The translations under genes were made by a program, and so were the position numbers. The notes under the pieces were generated by a model. It was not told where the DNA came from, did not search any database, and saw only the letters and a list, made by a program, of their open reading frames with translations. From the NCBI GenBank assembly GCA_963788655.1, contig CAWBHS010000039.1, positions 110,833-174,832 on the forward strand: 64,000 bases of DNA, given 5' to 3'. This stretch comes from an uncultured Verrucomicrobiae bacterium (GTDB lineage Bacteria > Verrucomicrobiota > Verrucomicrobiia > Limisphaerales > JAFGQR01). Positions 10,279 to 20,166 of the stretch are shown here, one piece after another (positions within the stretch are counted from its first letter, which is position 1; each line of letters opens with the position of its first letter).

Positions 10279-11710
10279 AGCGGGTAATCAGGCGGTAGGT
10301 AAAGTCTTCTTTGGCGTGAGGTTTGAGCGGCCGGAGGAACTTCACCGTGTCGGCATCGACTTTTTCGTATTTGGTATCGGTCGCTAAATCCCAATCACCG
10401 GCCAAATTCCGTCGGATGTCCAGCACGACGGGAATGTCCTTTGAGTTCTGCACCTCGATCTTCCAGGTTTCCGTCGTCGTCCAGCCTTTGACGTTGCCGT
10501 GGTCGTCGAAAGCCATGTCGGTCTTCATCCAATCCATCAACGTGGGTTTAACCAGCACTTCTTGATCATAGCCGAGTTCCAATTCCACGAACTCGTCGAT
10601 CGGAATGTATTTCACGCTGGTGCTGCCCACAAACGAGTAGAGCTGATCGTCGGTTACGAATCGAAACGCTTTCACGGCCCCATCGGGCAACGGTTCCTTG
10701 CCGAGCTTGCTGGCGACCGAATTGGTGAAGCGATAATAACGCATGACCTGGTCTCCCCAGCGCTCCTTCTCGAACTTGTAGTAACTCGTGGTCGGCACTT
10801 CCGCGGCCTTGAAGGAAGGCAACCGCTTGGCCCAACCGGTGGGGATGGTGTCGCGTCCTTCCACGGTGTAGAGGAAGTATTCGGACAGGCTTTCTTTGAC
10901 GATTTCTTTTGGGCGCCCCGCCATACCGCCGAGTGCTCCGCCAAAACGTCCGCGCAGTTCGACACCCAACTGCGCTTTATCGCTGAGCACGCTGGACATG
11001 GGCATTTGCTTGGCTTCGTCCACCGGCAGGCCTTTTCGCGCCAGTTGCGCGATCTCTTCCACGAGGCGGATGACTCCCACCACCAGGCGAACCTGCGTGT
11101 TCTCGTAATCCTCGCCACTGTGATTGGTTACGCGTACCTGCCCGGCAAGCGCCATTGTTTTTTCATTTTGAGCGGCTTCCGCCACGTAGTCAGCAGCCCA
11201 ACTGATGCCGCTGGTGAAGTAACGGATCTCCACGACCGCTTCTCCGGCAAACTCGCTGTGAATGCGCCATTCCAAAGTATTGGCCACTCGAGGCGGAAAA
11301 CTCACGTCCAACACGTCCACTTGGTCGGCGTGCGTTAATGCTTGGAACTCCACCGAAGTGGGATCAATCAGCGTGTTGGCCCAGGAGAATTCAAGATGAT
11401 TAAGCCCGCGGCGGAACGTCAAGGTTCGCGTCTCCTTGACCATGGTCAAATCGACCGAGTTGTAAATGGTGAGTTGCACCGAATCGCGACCGGGCAGCGT
11501 GACCACGTTGATACGCGCCGTCGCCGAAGGTGTCAGGAAAAACGTCAGCACCAAGCCAAGCGCGGCCGTCGCCAGCGAGTGCAAAGTGGACGGTTTCGTA
11601 AGGAAACCGGGAGCAGTTACTGCACGACGCTCTGCCCCGGCTGAATCGGCTGCCGGGCGAGCGCTGGCACCAGGTCGTAAGACTTGAATCGATAATGGCC
11701 GCGTTTGCAT
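10256..11710 (-). CDS. DUF4139-family secreted protein
   Basis: Hydrophobic signal ending ATA, then SVQLTIYN, LIDPTSV, ISWAADY, VTNHSGEDY motifs; start uncertain. Confidence 0.7.
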   Translation of the reverse strand: MQTRPLSIQVLRPGASARPAADSAGAERRAVTAPGFLTKPSTLHSLATAALGLVLTFFLTPSATARINVVTLPGRDSVQLTIYNSVDLTMVKETRTLTFRRGLNHLEFSWANTLIDPTSVEFQALTHADQVDVLDVSFPPRVANTLEWRIHSEFAGEAVVEIRYFTSGISWAADYVAEAAQNEKTMALAGQVRVTNHSGEDYENTQVRLVVGVIRLVEEIAQLARKGLPVDEAKQMPMSSVLSDKAQLGVELRGRFGGALGGMAGRPKEIVKESLSEYFLYTVEGRDTIPTGWAKRLPSFKAAEVPTTSYYKFEKERWGDQVMRYYRFTNSVASKLGKEPLPDGAVKAFRFVTDDQLYSFVGSTSVKYIPIDEFVELELGYDQEVLVKPTLMDWMKTDMAFDDHGNVKGWTTTETWKIEVQNSKDIPVVLDIRRNLAGDWDLATDTKYEKVDADTVKFLRPLKPHAKEDFTYRLITRYGTNVTR

Positions 11711-11811
11711 CACGTCGAGATTAGACGAAACCCACGGGGATATACTCCCTCCCCCCCGCCGCCCGCCAGTTCGCCCTTGCACTTTTTTCCGGGAACCGTG
11801 AGTTTCTGGCC

Positions 11812-12624
11812 ATGCAATTCGCCATCTGCAACGAGATTTTTAAGGACTGGAAACTGGAAGACGCCATGGTCTTTGCCCGAAAGGCCGGCTATGATGCCCT
11901 CGAGATCGCGCCGTTTACGATTGCCAAATACGTCACCGATATTCCCCCGTCGGAGCGCCAGCGTATTCGCGAAGCGGCGAAACATGCGGACCTGGCTATC
12001 AGCGGCATTCACTGGGTCTTGGTGCAGGCCGACGGCATGTATTTGAATTCCCCCGAACCGGACGTCCGGAAACGTTCGGCCCAATATTTTTGCGAACTTG
12101 TCAATTTCTGCGCCGACTTGGGCGGGCGCGTTATCGTGGTCGGATCACCCAAGCAACGCAACGTTACTGAAGGCACCACGCCCGCGCAGGCGTGGGATTG
12201 GGCGAAGGAAACGTTTGAACCATCCATTCGCCTGGCCCAGGAACGCGGCGTGACGATCTGTCTGGAACCGCTGGCCCCGGCGGAAACCAATTTTATCAAC
12301 ACCGCGGCCGAGGCTGTTCGTTTCATGCAACAATTCCAGACGCCCAGTTTCAAGATTATTCTCAACGTCAAGGCAATGTGTTCGGAGGGCAAACCGATCC
12401 CGCAAATCATCAAGGAATCGTGGCCGCACTTCGCCTATTTCCACGCCAACGACGCCAATCTCAAGGGACCCGGATTTGGCGACGTGGACTTCAAGCCCAT
12501 TGCCGCCGCGCTGCGGGAGGTGGGTTACGACGACACGGTGTCGGTGGAAGTGTTTAATTTTGAAGAGGGCGCCGAAGTCATCGCCCGCCAAAGCATCGCC
12601 TATTTGAAACAGGCTTTCGCTTGA
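11812..12624 (+). CDS. Sugar phosphate isomerase/epimerase (xylose-isomerase-like TIM barrel)
   Basis: GYDALEIAP, VGSPKQR, CLEPL, FHAND, VSVEVF motifs. Confidence 0.88.
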   Translation: MQFAICNEIFKDWKLEDAMVFARKAGYDALEIAPFTIAKYVTDIPPSERQRIREAAKHADLAISGIHWVLVQADGMYLNSPEPDVRKRSAQYFCELVNFCADLGGRVIVVGSPKQRNVTEGTTPAQAWDWAKETFEPSIRLAQERGVTICLEPLAPAETNFINTAAEAVRFMQQFQTPSFKIILNVKAMCSEGKPIPQIIKESWPHFAYFHANDANLKGPGFGDVDFKPIAAALREVGYDDTVSVEVFNFEEGAEVIARQSIAYLKQAFA

Positions 12625-12733
12625 GGTCGAGTGTTGATCTGGACGTGGCGCTAACGCGCCTTCAATCCGCGCCAATCAGATCCGGGCGCTGGCAGCGAAT
12701 CTGGACGGCTCCCAAGTCGAACAGTCCACGCCC

Positions 12734-12923
12734 GCCGTATCCCTTCAGTAGCTGGAGTCGCGATGACGCGATTCGTCGCGGTAGGACAGGCGTCTCGCCT
12801 GTCTCGAATAGCCAAGCACATCCTCACCTTTTGGTGACCTGGAATGACTTCTGCGCAGCGGTGCAACTCAATGGTCTGCAGTCGTTCGAGACCGGCGGGA
12901 CGCCTGTCCTACTGAATAGTCAC
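12734..12923. repeat. ~190-bp MITE/REP-like element, family B copy 1
   Basis: Direct repeat of 19006-19196; ends GCCGTATCC(C/A)TTCAGTAG...CTACTGAATAGTCAC; internal inverted repeat GTAGGACAGGCGTCTCGCC...GGCGGGACGCCTGTCCTAC. Confidence 0.85.
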
Positions 12924-13632
12924 GGCTTAACCGCGGACGAGGAAGACGTTCGCAATGCCTCTCCACCATGTTCCGCGTCCTCACGTCGTCTACGGCTTCT
13001 CGGTCCTTTAATCGGGTGGCAACGATCCGGGCTGAACGCTGAAGAACAAAGCCCGAGATTCGAGGCACATTGACCGGAGGCGGATCGAAACGGGCGCTTT
13101 TATTCTGGAATCGGGCTTCAAATTTCTTTTGGATTTCCAATTTCGGCTTTCGGGCTATTCATCTCTGCCCTGGTGGCGAATAAGTTTCCGGATTTTCATC
13201 TTGCATTTTTCCGGACATGTTCAAGAATCCAAATGATGATTGTCAGCAAACATTATTAATGCGCTTGCGACCGTCCAACTCAAATGCGTATCAGATTTGT
13301 AGAAATCCGCGCGAAGGTGACCACGAGGGGATCGCTGTTGGGAAATTGATTTTTGCAGCACGAAGTTGTCCCGTTTCGTATCCACAGCCCTAGCACCTCG
13401 GGCTTGCGCGATGACGGCAACTCGTGCTGCTTCCTGTGAAATGGACCTGTCGGCCTCAGGGGGCGGGCAGGTTCATTCCGTTTCCGGCGCAAGTTGGGGT
13501 GGCATGAAACACGTCAGCACCATTCGAGCGAAAAACAGGGCGGTGTCTGGAAGCGGATTGGACGGAATGAGCTGTTGCCAGTTCCTGGCTGAACGGTTTA
13601 GGCTGACAACTTAACGAGTCCTTGCGCAGAAA

Positions 13633-14769
13633 ATGCAGCATGAGAAAACCATTGTTTTCCGATCGAGACGGAAGCGACGCTTCTGGTGGGGAGGGCTCAC
13701 TCTGGCGGTCTTGACGGTTGCCGGCGGATGGCTGGCGGTTGCGGTCGAAGTGCCGGCAAACACTTTAGTTGGGCTTCCATCCAAGCCCGCGCCGCTGACC
13801 GGACATGATAGGGCGGGCGCCTTGACGAATTGTCCGACGGCCCTGGTCCTCCACCAAGCAGTCCTGGAAGGGTATTGCCGGGACGATGTGGATTTGGACG
13901 ACGTGGATGCTTACTTCTGGCACGTATTCTCGAAATTGCCCGCCGAGGTCCGAGTGTATCCTTCGGAGAATTACTATTATTTTACCGACCACATCGCGGG
14001 CCGGGAAGTGCGGGGGAATATCCGTCTGGCGGCGGGACAACGGGAGCAGGGCAGCTTGTCGTTTTGGTATGCGGAGACGGGCGAGCCCGCCTCTGCGGGG
14101 GGGCGCCGGTTGGTCGGATCCAAGGATTTTTCCCGAACCGACGGCGTGCAATTGCAAGCGCGCAACCATTTCACCTGGGTGGTGACGTGGCGCAACCGGT
14201 CGGTCACGTTTCATTTGCACCGGTTACCCCAAGCGCCGCCGCGGCTTTTCCGGTTGCGGCCCCGTGAAGTGTTTGTGATGCGGACATTCGATGAATCGGG
14301 ACTCCAGTTCTTTCTCTTGTTCAACACCAACGCGAACTACTTCTTCTGGGTGCTCAATGAGGAAGCCCCCGTTCCGGAGCATTTTGACCAACTGGCGCCG
14401 GATCTCCTGGTGGGGCGGCGGACTGGTTTTGCGTTCTGGGTGGATGGGAACGACTCACCTCGCAAAGTGCTTGCCGCCGTTCGCCGGGACCGCGTCGCCC
14501 GCAACGAGGAGGATGACGGTCCCTTTGACCAACTGGCCGACAATTACGCCCACCAAACGCACGTTGCCCAATGGATGGAGCGTGCGCAACCGTCGCTTAA
14601 AGGGCGCATCGACCAATACGGTTATTACACGGACACGCATCCGCCCACCCGGGTGGCCTTGGCTAATTACGGGACCTACACCACTCCGGCAACACTGATC
14701 CAATTCATGGAACGAGCCAAGACTTCGGCAGATCCCTGCCAATTCATCTCGCGCGGGGGCGGGCTGTAA
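13633..14769 (+). CDS. Hypothetical membrane-anchored/exported protein
   Basis: 378 aa; basic N-terminus plus one TM segment; aromatic/acidic motifs VYPSENYYYF, RTFDESG, DGPFDQLADN. Confidence 0.7.
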   Translation: MQHEKTIVFRSRRKRRFWWGGLTLAVLTVAGGWLAVAVEVPANTLVGLPSKPAPLTGHDRAGALTNCPTALVLHQAVLEGYCRDDVDLDDVDAYFWHVFSKLPAEVRVYPSENYYYFTDHIAGREVRGNIRLAAGQREQGSLSFWYAETGEPASAGGRRLVGSKDFSRTDGVQLQARNHFTWVVTWRNRSVTFHLHRLPQAPPRLFRLRPREVFVMRTFDESGLQFFLLFNTNANYFFWVLNEEAPVPEHFDQLAPDLLVGRRTGFAFWVDGNDSPRKVLAAVRRDRVARNEEDDGPFDQLADNYAHQTHVAQWMERAQPSLKGRIDQYGYYTDTHPPTRVALANYGTYTTPATLIQFMERAKTSADPCQFISRGGGL

Positions 14770-14777
14770 GTTCGAAT

Positions 14778-16709
14778 TCACCATCCACCGTCCGATGTGT
14801 GTGCCGGTAAGGCGCCATCGAATTCGCCATGTTGGTCGAGACACCCCGCGGTGGCTTTGAGTTTTGTCGCATCTACAACCTGCGCTTTGGGTGTGGACTT
14901 GGTCCAAATCCATCCGGAAAAAATCATGTTAGCCGCGCCCTTTGGCGGCGTCGGATAATGCTGCTCAATGGCCGCCTTCGCCCCGGACGTTCCTTTGAGA
15001 ATAAACGCGCCCGGCCCTTGAGGCAGCGTGAACCGCTCCCCCGCCTTTAGGGCCAGGTTGGATACGATCACGCCGGTTAACGGATGGAACACTTTGAACC
15101 GCAGTGAGCGCCGCGCTTCGAGCATCACACCATCGGGAAGAATCCCCATGGGAAAGCACACGAACTCATTGCCCGTGGTGCTGCCGATGTTGCGGTGGCA
15201 ACCGTTCGTCGCGCCGTTTACGTCGGGCCAGTAGCGGTTGGGCTGGCCGTTGCAATATACGGTGAACGGGGCGCCAGGTTCCAATCCATCGTTGCGGGTC
15301 CAACTGGCTACGTCGGGCGGCAGGATTTGGCGAATGTGTTGATACGCATTGATCCCGGCGGTGTCTTCGAAACGAACCTCCTCACCCGTGGGCGGACAAC
15401 ATCGGCTGTATCCAGTCACACCGGCGCGCGAGTGGTACACATAGGCCGGCAGATTCGCCAGGTAAGCAAAAACGGCCGCGGCGCACAGCTTGATCGGATC
15501 ATCCTCCGAACTGACCGACGAGCCCGCCCCGATCGGCTCGTTGCTGCTCACGGGCGGCACGCCCGGCAAGTGGCCGGCCCGATACGCATCACGTACCGGC
15601 AGCCAGCCGCCTTCCGCGGTCCGCGTGTCCCGGCTGAAGTGAACGGTGGCCAGGTCTGCCGCGCTGCCGTGGTACAAGCCGATGATGCCTTCGTTGCTCG
15701 TGTCGGCGTACGAAGTGATGGCCACCAAAACGCGCGTGCGGTCGGCCAGGTATTGCGTGAACGCGCGCAAGTCCGCGATCCCCGATGCCCCAGGAAAGCC
15801 GTTTTGCCAGGCCTCGTTCGCTACTTCCAAGTGGATGAGGCACGACTCCCGTCCGGTGAGGTTTGCCAGGATCCCGTGGAGATGCGATTGCCGGTTGGCG
15901 CGCGACGGCATTACGTATTGTGCGTCGGCGAAAATGGTCACCTCGGCGCGCAGGCCGTGTTGCGCCACCAGGTCGAGCAGGTCACGGAACTGTTGCCAGT
16001 AATCCGGCCAGGCCGGGATCACGCGTCCGCCCCGGTTGGTAAAGGTGACCGGCGCAATTTCGAGTCCGTCCCAACTCACCATGCTGAGAACGCGCACGTA
16101 GTTGAAACCTTTCGCCGCCAGCAACGTCAAGTTGTGGTTCAATCGTGCGCGGTCGTATTTGGCATGGCGCAAGGCTTGGAAGTATGAAACGCCCAGTCCG
16201 AGGAACGGTCCGGTTTCGTCGTAGAGTGAATTGCCATTCAGTCGAACCAGATTGGTGCTGCTCGCCGGATTCCAGACCTTGACGTTGCTGAATACAGCGC
16301 CAATCGGCGCACCGGCTGAAGGATCGCGTCGCGGACTTGCGGCGATGCGCACGCTATGGCCTGCGCGTTGCTCGTTGGGAGCCAGGCCACGCACATCAAA
16401 CTCGGCGGCACCCTTGCTGAGGGCCGGGATGTGCCGGTAGATGGTGTCGTTATTCCCCGTGACCTGCCAGCCGTCAGCGACCGATGCAGCCCCCGAACGT
16501 GTGCTGGTGGTGGGATCCTGCAAGGGATCGTTCAGCACCACTGCTCCGTGTCCCGCTTGCAGCCAAGCCAGCGCGCAAAGACACGCGCCATACCGGGTCA
16601 CGAACGGCCGGTGAAACTGACCGGTCCACGCCCGTGCGCCGGCCATCGCCCTGAGCCAAAGGCAGGGGGTGAGACTCGATTTCTTCGGAACAACGATTGT
16701 GGTATTCAT
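14778..16709 (-). CDS. Putative secreted glycoside hydrolase (clan GH-A-like TIM barrel)
   Basis: GFNYVRV, acid/base-like HLEVANE, TVHFSR, nucleophile-like VSSNEP; start at MNTTIV (16709) uncertain. Confidence 0.6.
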   Translation of the reverse strand: MNTTIVVPKKSSLTPCLWLRAMAGARAWTGQFHRPFVTRYGACLCALAWLQAGHGAVVLNDPLQDPTTSTRSGAASVADGWQVTGNNDTIYRHIPALSKGAAEFDVRGLAPNEQRAGHSVRIAASPRRDPSAGAPIGAVFSNVKVWNPASSTNLVRLNGNSLYDETGPFLGLGVSYFQALRHAKYDRARLNHNLTLLAAKGFNYVRVLSMVSWDGLEIAPVTFTNRGGRVIPAWPDYWQQFRDLLDLVAQHGLRAEVTIFADAQYVMPSRANRQSHLHGILANLTGRESCLIHLEVANEAWQNGFPGASGIADLRAFTQYLADRTRVLVAITSYADTSNEGIIGLYHGSAADLATVHFSRDTRTAEGGWLPVRDAYRAGHLPGVPPVSSNEPIGAGSSVSSEDDPIKLCAAAVFAYLANLPAYVYHSRAGVTGYSRCCPPTGEEVRFEDTAGINAYQHIRQILPPDVASWTRNDGLEPGAPFTVYCNGQPNRYWPDVNGATNGCHRNIGSTTGNEFVCFPMGILPDGVMLEARRSLRFKVFHPLTGVIVSNLALKAGERFTLPQGPGAFILKGTSGAKAAIEQHYPTPPKGAANMIFSGWIWTKSTPKAQVVDATKLKATAGCLDQHGEFDGALPAHTSDGGW

Positions 16710-17123
16710 CTGTTTTTCGGTTCTGCTCGCCCGCCGGGACGTACGGAAAAGCTGCCGCAACTCCTCCACTTGGCGTCCGATTCCGCTTCGACCAACCGCG
16801 AAATTCACCCGTCGGCTGGAAGGGAAACAGCATAAAGTCGAACGTTCCCCAAGTGAACATAAAACTCTCGCGACCTCCACCGGCCGGAAATGATGTGAGG
16901 ATTGATCAGGCGCAACAAACAGTCGCCGAATGCCCGCAAGGCATGGTGGCAACCGAGTCAAGCGCGCGGCGCCTTTTGGAAGCGGCAGGGGAACCGGTAG
17001 CGATTCCCTGTTCGGGCAAGCCGGGGTGGCGCAAGCTTTCGTGGAACGTGCCGGCAAATTGTCCGGCCTCAGCCACCGGGCCGGCTTGTGTTCCGTTCGT
17101 CTTCGGTGTATCCAACCAACCGT

Positions 17124-17306
17124 ATGAATGGCGAAATGTTTGTAGCACTGATTGAGGAAATGGTTGACTTAAAGCTCCAACAACAAGCGGAGGCAAACCT
17201 CAAGCCGAGCCCCGACGTTGTCCGGTTGTTGCAGGAGAAACGGGCCACGGACCAGCGACGGTTGGTGCAAATCAGGACGGAGTTGGTGCGAATGCTCAAT
17301 GGATGA
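17124..17306 (+). CDS. Small helical hypothetical protein (60 aa)
   Basis: MNGEMFVALIEEMVDLK...; protein-like amphipathic composition, ATG start. Confidence 0.6.
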   Translation: MNGEMFVALIEEMVDLKLQQQAEANLKPSPDVVRLLQEKRATDQRRLVQIRTELVRMLNG

Positions 17307-17601
17307 CGAGCACAGTTCTTCCCGATGCGTCCAGCCAGATTGGGCATCAGGAATTGGTGTTGACAACATTTTAGGAACTGTTTAGCAGGTAAGCGACATA
17401 ACGGACGATGTTGTTAGAATGTGATGACGACCGAACATGGACGGCAAAGGAGCGGGAAGGTGCCGGTTTCAGACTGGAGGCGCGGGTTGAGCTTCTCGCG
17501 CTCGGTGGAAGGACCGTGGTGACGTCGGCGCGGTGCTTTGCGCAAGGATTTGAGGGTTCTACATGACTTCATAACTGATCAGGAAACCGTCCCAAGGCGC
17601 T

Positions 17602-19023
17602 ATGAAAACCACCAAGATCCTCTGCTTTGAACACGGTTCCGTGCCTGAATGGACAGCCACCCTCAAGGCACACCTGGTTTCAGAAGTGGGTGACAGATTG
17701 TTGTTCCGCCATGAACGGCAATTGCCCCTGCCGGGCACGGATGCCCCGGTGGAACTGCGGTCCGAGCTGCAGACCTTTGCGCCGGATCTGCTCTTCTTGC
17801 TTTTGTCGCCAGCCGGGCGTGGCGATAGTGAGCGGCTGCTTCGTGAAGTGCAGTTAAATGCCCCCAAGCTGCCCGTGGTTGTCGTGACGGACACGGATGA
17901 GCCGCGCTTTGTCCAGAAGTTGTTTGAACTGGGCGCCAGTGATTTTCTTGTGCCGCCGTTGCGGGCTGTTGAGGTTTGCCCCCGGCTAAGTCGGTTGCTT
18001 CAATTCCGCGAACAGCAGAACACGCAACTGGCGCAACTGCGGAGCCAAATTGGCTTGGAGCAATTGATTGGGGATAGCCCGCTGTTGCTGGAGGAAATCC
18101 GGAAAATTCCCTTGCTCGCCCAGTGCAATGCCAGCGTCCTAATTACGGGTGAAACCGGTACCGGCAAAGAACTGTTCGCCCGCGCGGTGCATTATCTAAG
18201 CCCGCGTGCGCACCAGCCGTTCGTGGCCTTGAACAGCGGCGCCATCCCGGTTGATCTGGTGGAAAACGAACTATTCGGCCACGAAACGGGCGCATACACC
18301 AATGCCCACACGGCTCAACCCGGAGTCATTCGCGAAGCCGAAGGGGGCACGTTGTTTCTGGACGAAATCGATTCCCTGCCGCCCGCGGCCCAAGTCAAGC
18401 TGCTCCGTTTTCTTCAGGACAAGGAATTTCGTCCACTCGGCGCCCGCAAAACCTGCCGAGCCGATGTTCGTGTTATTTCCGCTTGTAACGCGAAACTGGA
18501 TGAGGCCCTGGCCGCCCGCCGGTTGCGGGAAGATCTTTACTACCGCTTGAACGTCCTCCGTCTGCACTTGCCGCCCCTGCGCGATCGCCGGGACAATATC
18601 CCGCTGCTGGCTCGGCATTTTTTGGGGCAATATGCGACGGCGTTCGGACGGTCGGCATGTGATTTGACGCCTGCCGCGTTGCGCAGGCTGACGCTTTACG
18701 ATTGGCCTGGCAACGTTCGCGAACTGGAGAATGTGATCGAGCGCGCCGTCGCCCTGTCGTCCGGTGCCGCGATTCAGGCCGGCGACATTGACGTGCCGGT
18801 GACCGACGGCAACGTGGTTTCGCCAGAATCCTTCAGTCAACTCAAAGCACGGGTGATGGCCGAGTTTGAACGGGGGTACGTGATGCAAATGCTCGAGCGT
18901 CACCAAGGGAATATTGCGCACGCCGCTCGAGCCGCGCAGAAGAACCGGCGGGCGTTTTTTCAACTCATGCGCAAACACCACATTCGCGTCCAGCAACACC
19001 CCTTGGCCGTATCCATTCAGTAG
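17602..19023 (+). CDS. Sigma54-dependent transcriptional activator (NtrC/Fis family) with degenerate receiver domain
   Basis: Walker A GETGTGKE, ELFGHETGAYTNA, Walker B LFLDEI, LYYRL, WPGNVRELEN, C-terminal Fis-type HTH. Confidence 0.93.
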   Translation: MKTTKILCFEHGSVPEWTATLKAHLVSEVGDRLLFRHERQLPLPGTDAPVELRSELQTFAPDLLFLLLSPAGRGDSERLLREVQLNAPKLPVVVVTDTDEPRFVQKLFELGASDFLVPPLRAVEVCPRLSRLLQFREQQNTQLAQLRSQIGLEQLIGDSPLLLEEIRKIPLLAQCNASVLITGETGTGKELFARAVHYLSPRAHQPFVALNSGAIPVDLVENELFGHETGAYTNAHTAQPGVIREAEGGTLFLDEIDSLPPAAQVKLLRFLQDKEFRPLGARKTCRADVRVISACNAKLDEALAARRLREDLYYRLNVLRLHLPPLRDRRDNIPLLARHFLGQYATAFGRSACDLTPAALRRLTLYDWPGNVRELENVIERAVALSSGAAIQAGDIDVPVTDGNVVSPESFSQLKARVMAEFERGYVMQMLERHQGNIAHAARAAQKNRRAFFQLMRKHHIRVQQHPLAVSIQ

Positions 19024-19196
19024 CTGGAGCAGCGATGACGCGCTTCGGCGCGGTAGGACAGGCGTCTCGCCTGTCTCGAATAGCCAAGCACATCCTCCCT
19101 TGTTGGTGACCTGGAGAGACTTCCTACGCCGCGGTGCCAATCGATGGTTGGCAGTCGTTCGAAACAGGCGGGACGCCTGTCCTACTGAATAGTCAC
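19006..19196. repeat. MITE/REP-like element, family B copy 2; supplies the activator stop codon
   Basis: Direct repeat of 12734-12923; TAG at 19021-19023 lies inside it. Confidence 0.85.
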
Positions 19197-19238
19197 CCCT
19201 TAGCGACAATTTCTGGGGTGGTCAAAATAGTGATCGAG

Positions 19239-19471
19239 GTGGACCGAAATGTCCACCCGGCTCTGTAGGCTCAGAATTCAGCCGAGCTTGGGTTCGGTTC
19301 AAACGGAACCGCGGTAGTGGGCTATCGCAGTCCATGCCGCTATACGACTACTCAAGGAGTTGGAAAATCCACCAGCCTGGAGGGGGGCACTCCTCTACCA
19401 CGCTTGCGAAGCCTCCTTGATCCTCATTCTACGCCGCATTGCGAAACCTCGACGTGGACAACTTGATCCAC
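19239..19471 (+). promoter_or_regulatory. Candidate enhancer (UAS) sites GTGGA-N8-TCCAC x2
   Basis: GTGGAccgaaatgTCCAC at 19239-19256 and GTGGAcaacttgaTCCAC at 19454-19471, upstream of the -24/-12 box. Confidence 0.5.
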
Positions 19472-19512
19472 CTTCAGCGTAGCGCACACCTGGAAACACC
19501 CTGTTTATTGAG

Positions 19513-19528
19513 TGGCATCAGCATTGCT
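19513..19528 (+). promoter_or_regulatory. Sigma54 (-24/-12) promoter of the eCIS operon
   Basis: TGGCATCAGCATTGCT: GG-N10-GC spacing with TT before GC; 30 bp upstream of ATG 19559. Confidence 0.8.
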
Positions 19529-19558
19529 TTAGGAAAACATCAATGCAGCAAATGCCGA

Positions 19559-19867
19559 ATGAAGGCACGATCACAATCCATCGGGTCTCCGCTCGCTGCG
19601 GAAATCCTGGAGTACCTGAAGCGTCATCCGAACGCTAAAGACACCTTGGAAGGCATCACCCACTGGTGGTTGTTGGAACAGCGCATTCAGCACACCATCC
19701 CGGAAGTCGAAGGCGCCCTGACCGAGTTGGTCGAGCAAGGCTTGGTGCAGCAACACCAGCAGCGGGATGGTCGCATTTGTTATCGCCGCAGCCGGCAGCC
19801 AGATGACGAAAGCGGCTGCAATTCGGAAACCCAACCGGCGAAACAGCGGGTTCCCAAGCGTAAGTGA
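19559..19867 (+). CDS. Small winged-helix-like protein, first gene of the eCIS operon
   Basis: EILEYLKRHPNAKDTLEGITHWWL...VEGALTELVEQGLV...GRICYR fits a wHTH pattern. Confidence 0.7.
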   Translation: MKARSQSIGSPLAAEILEYLKRHPNAKDTLEGITHWWLLEQRIQHTIPEVEGALTELVEQGLVQQHQQRDGRICYRRSRQPDDESGCNSETQPAKQRVPKRK

Positions 19868-19914
19868 AATCTAAGAAATAGTGGAGTGAACAACGTGAGC
19901 AGGAGACAGCACAC

Positions 19915-20133
19915 ATGAGCGTACACATCATTAACCGGTCCGGCCGGTTGACTTATATTCCCTTGAACAGCGGTGAGTCGATTCACCTTGCGCCAGGCGA
20001 ACGGTCCGGACCCATTGAAGAATTGGACCTCGAGGAGAACCCCAAAGTCCAAAAACTGCTGAAAGCCCATCTCATTGCTGAGACTGAAGCCGCCAAAAAA
20101 GGCGGCCCCAGTAAGCACGGCAAGAAGAAATAA
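19915..20133 (+). CDS. Small hypothetical protein upstream of the sheath gene
   Basis: 72 aa, AGGAG RBS, position within the operon. Confidence 0.7.
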   Translation: MSVHIINRSGRLTYIPLNSGESIHLAPGERSGPIEELDLEENPKVQKLLKAHLIAETEAAKKGGPSKHGKKK

Positions 20134-20166
20134 GACCCCGAATCCCCCAGCACAGGAGACCCACCT

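Noticed and set aside
12355..12380. Epimerase has ILNVKAM where an Asp metal ligand is expected
   Set aside because: A single-base difference (AAC vs GAC) in an error-prone sequence; cannot be distinguished from a read error
17360..17388. Sigma70 promoter for the activator (TTGACA at 17360)
   Set aside because: The -10 at 17-bp spacing (TAGCAG) is poor; insufficient support
17390..17600. Possible riboswitch in the activator leader
   Set aside because: No match to riboswitch consensus motifs that I can recognise by eye
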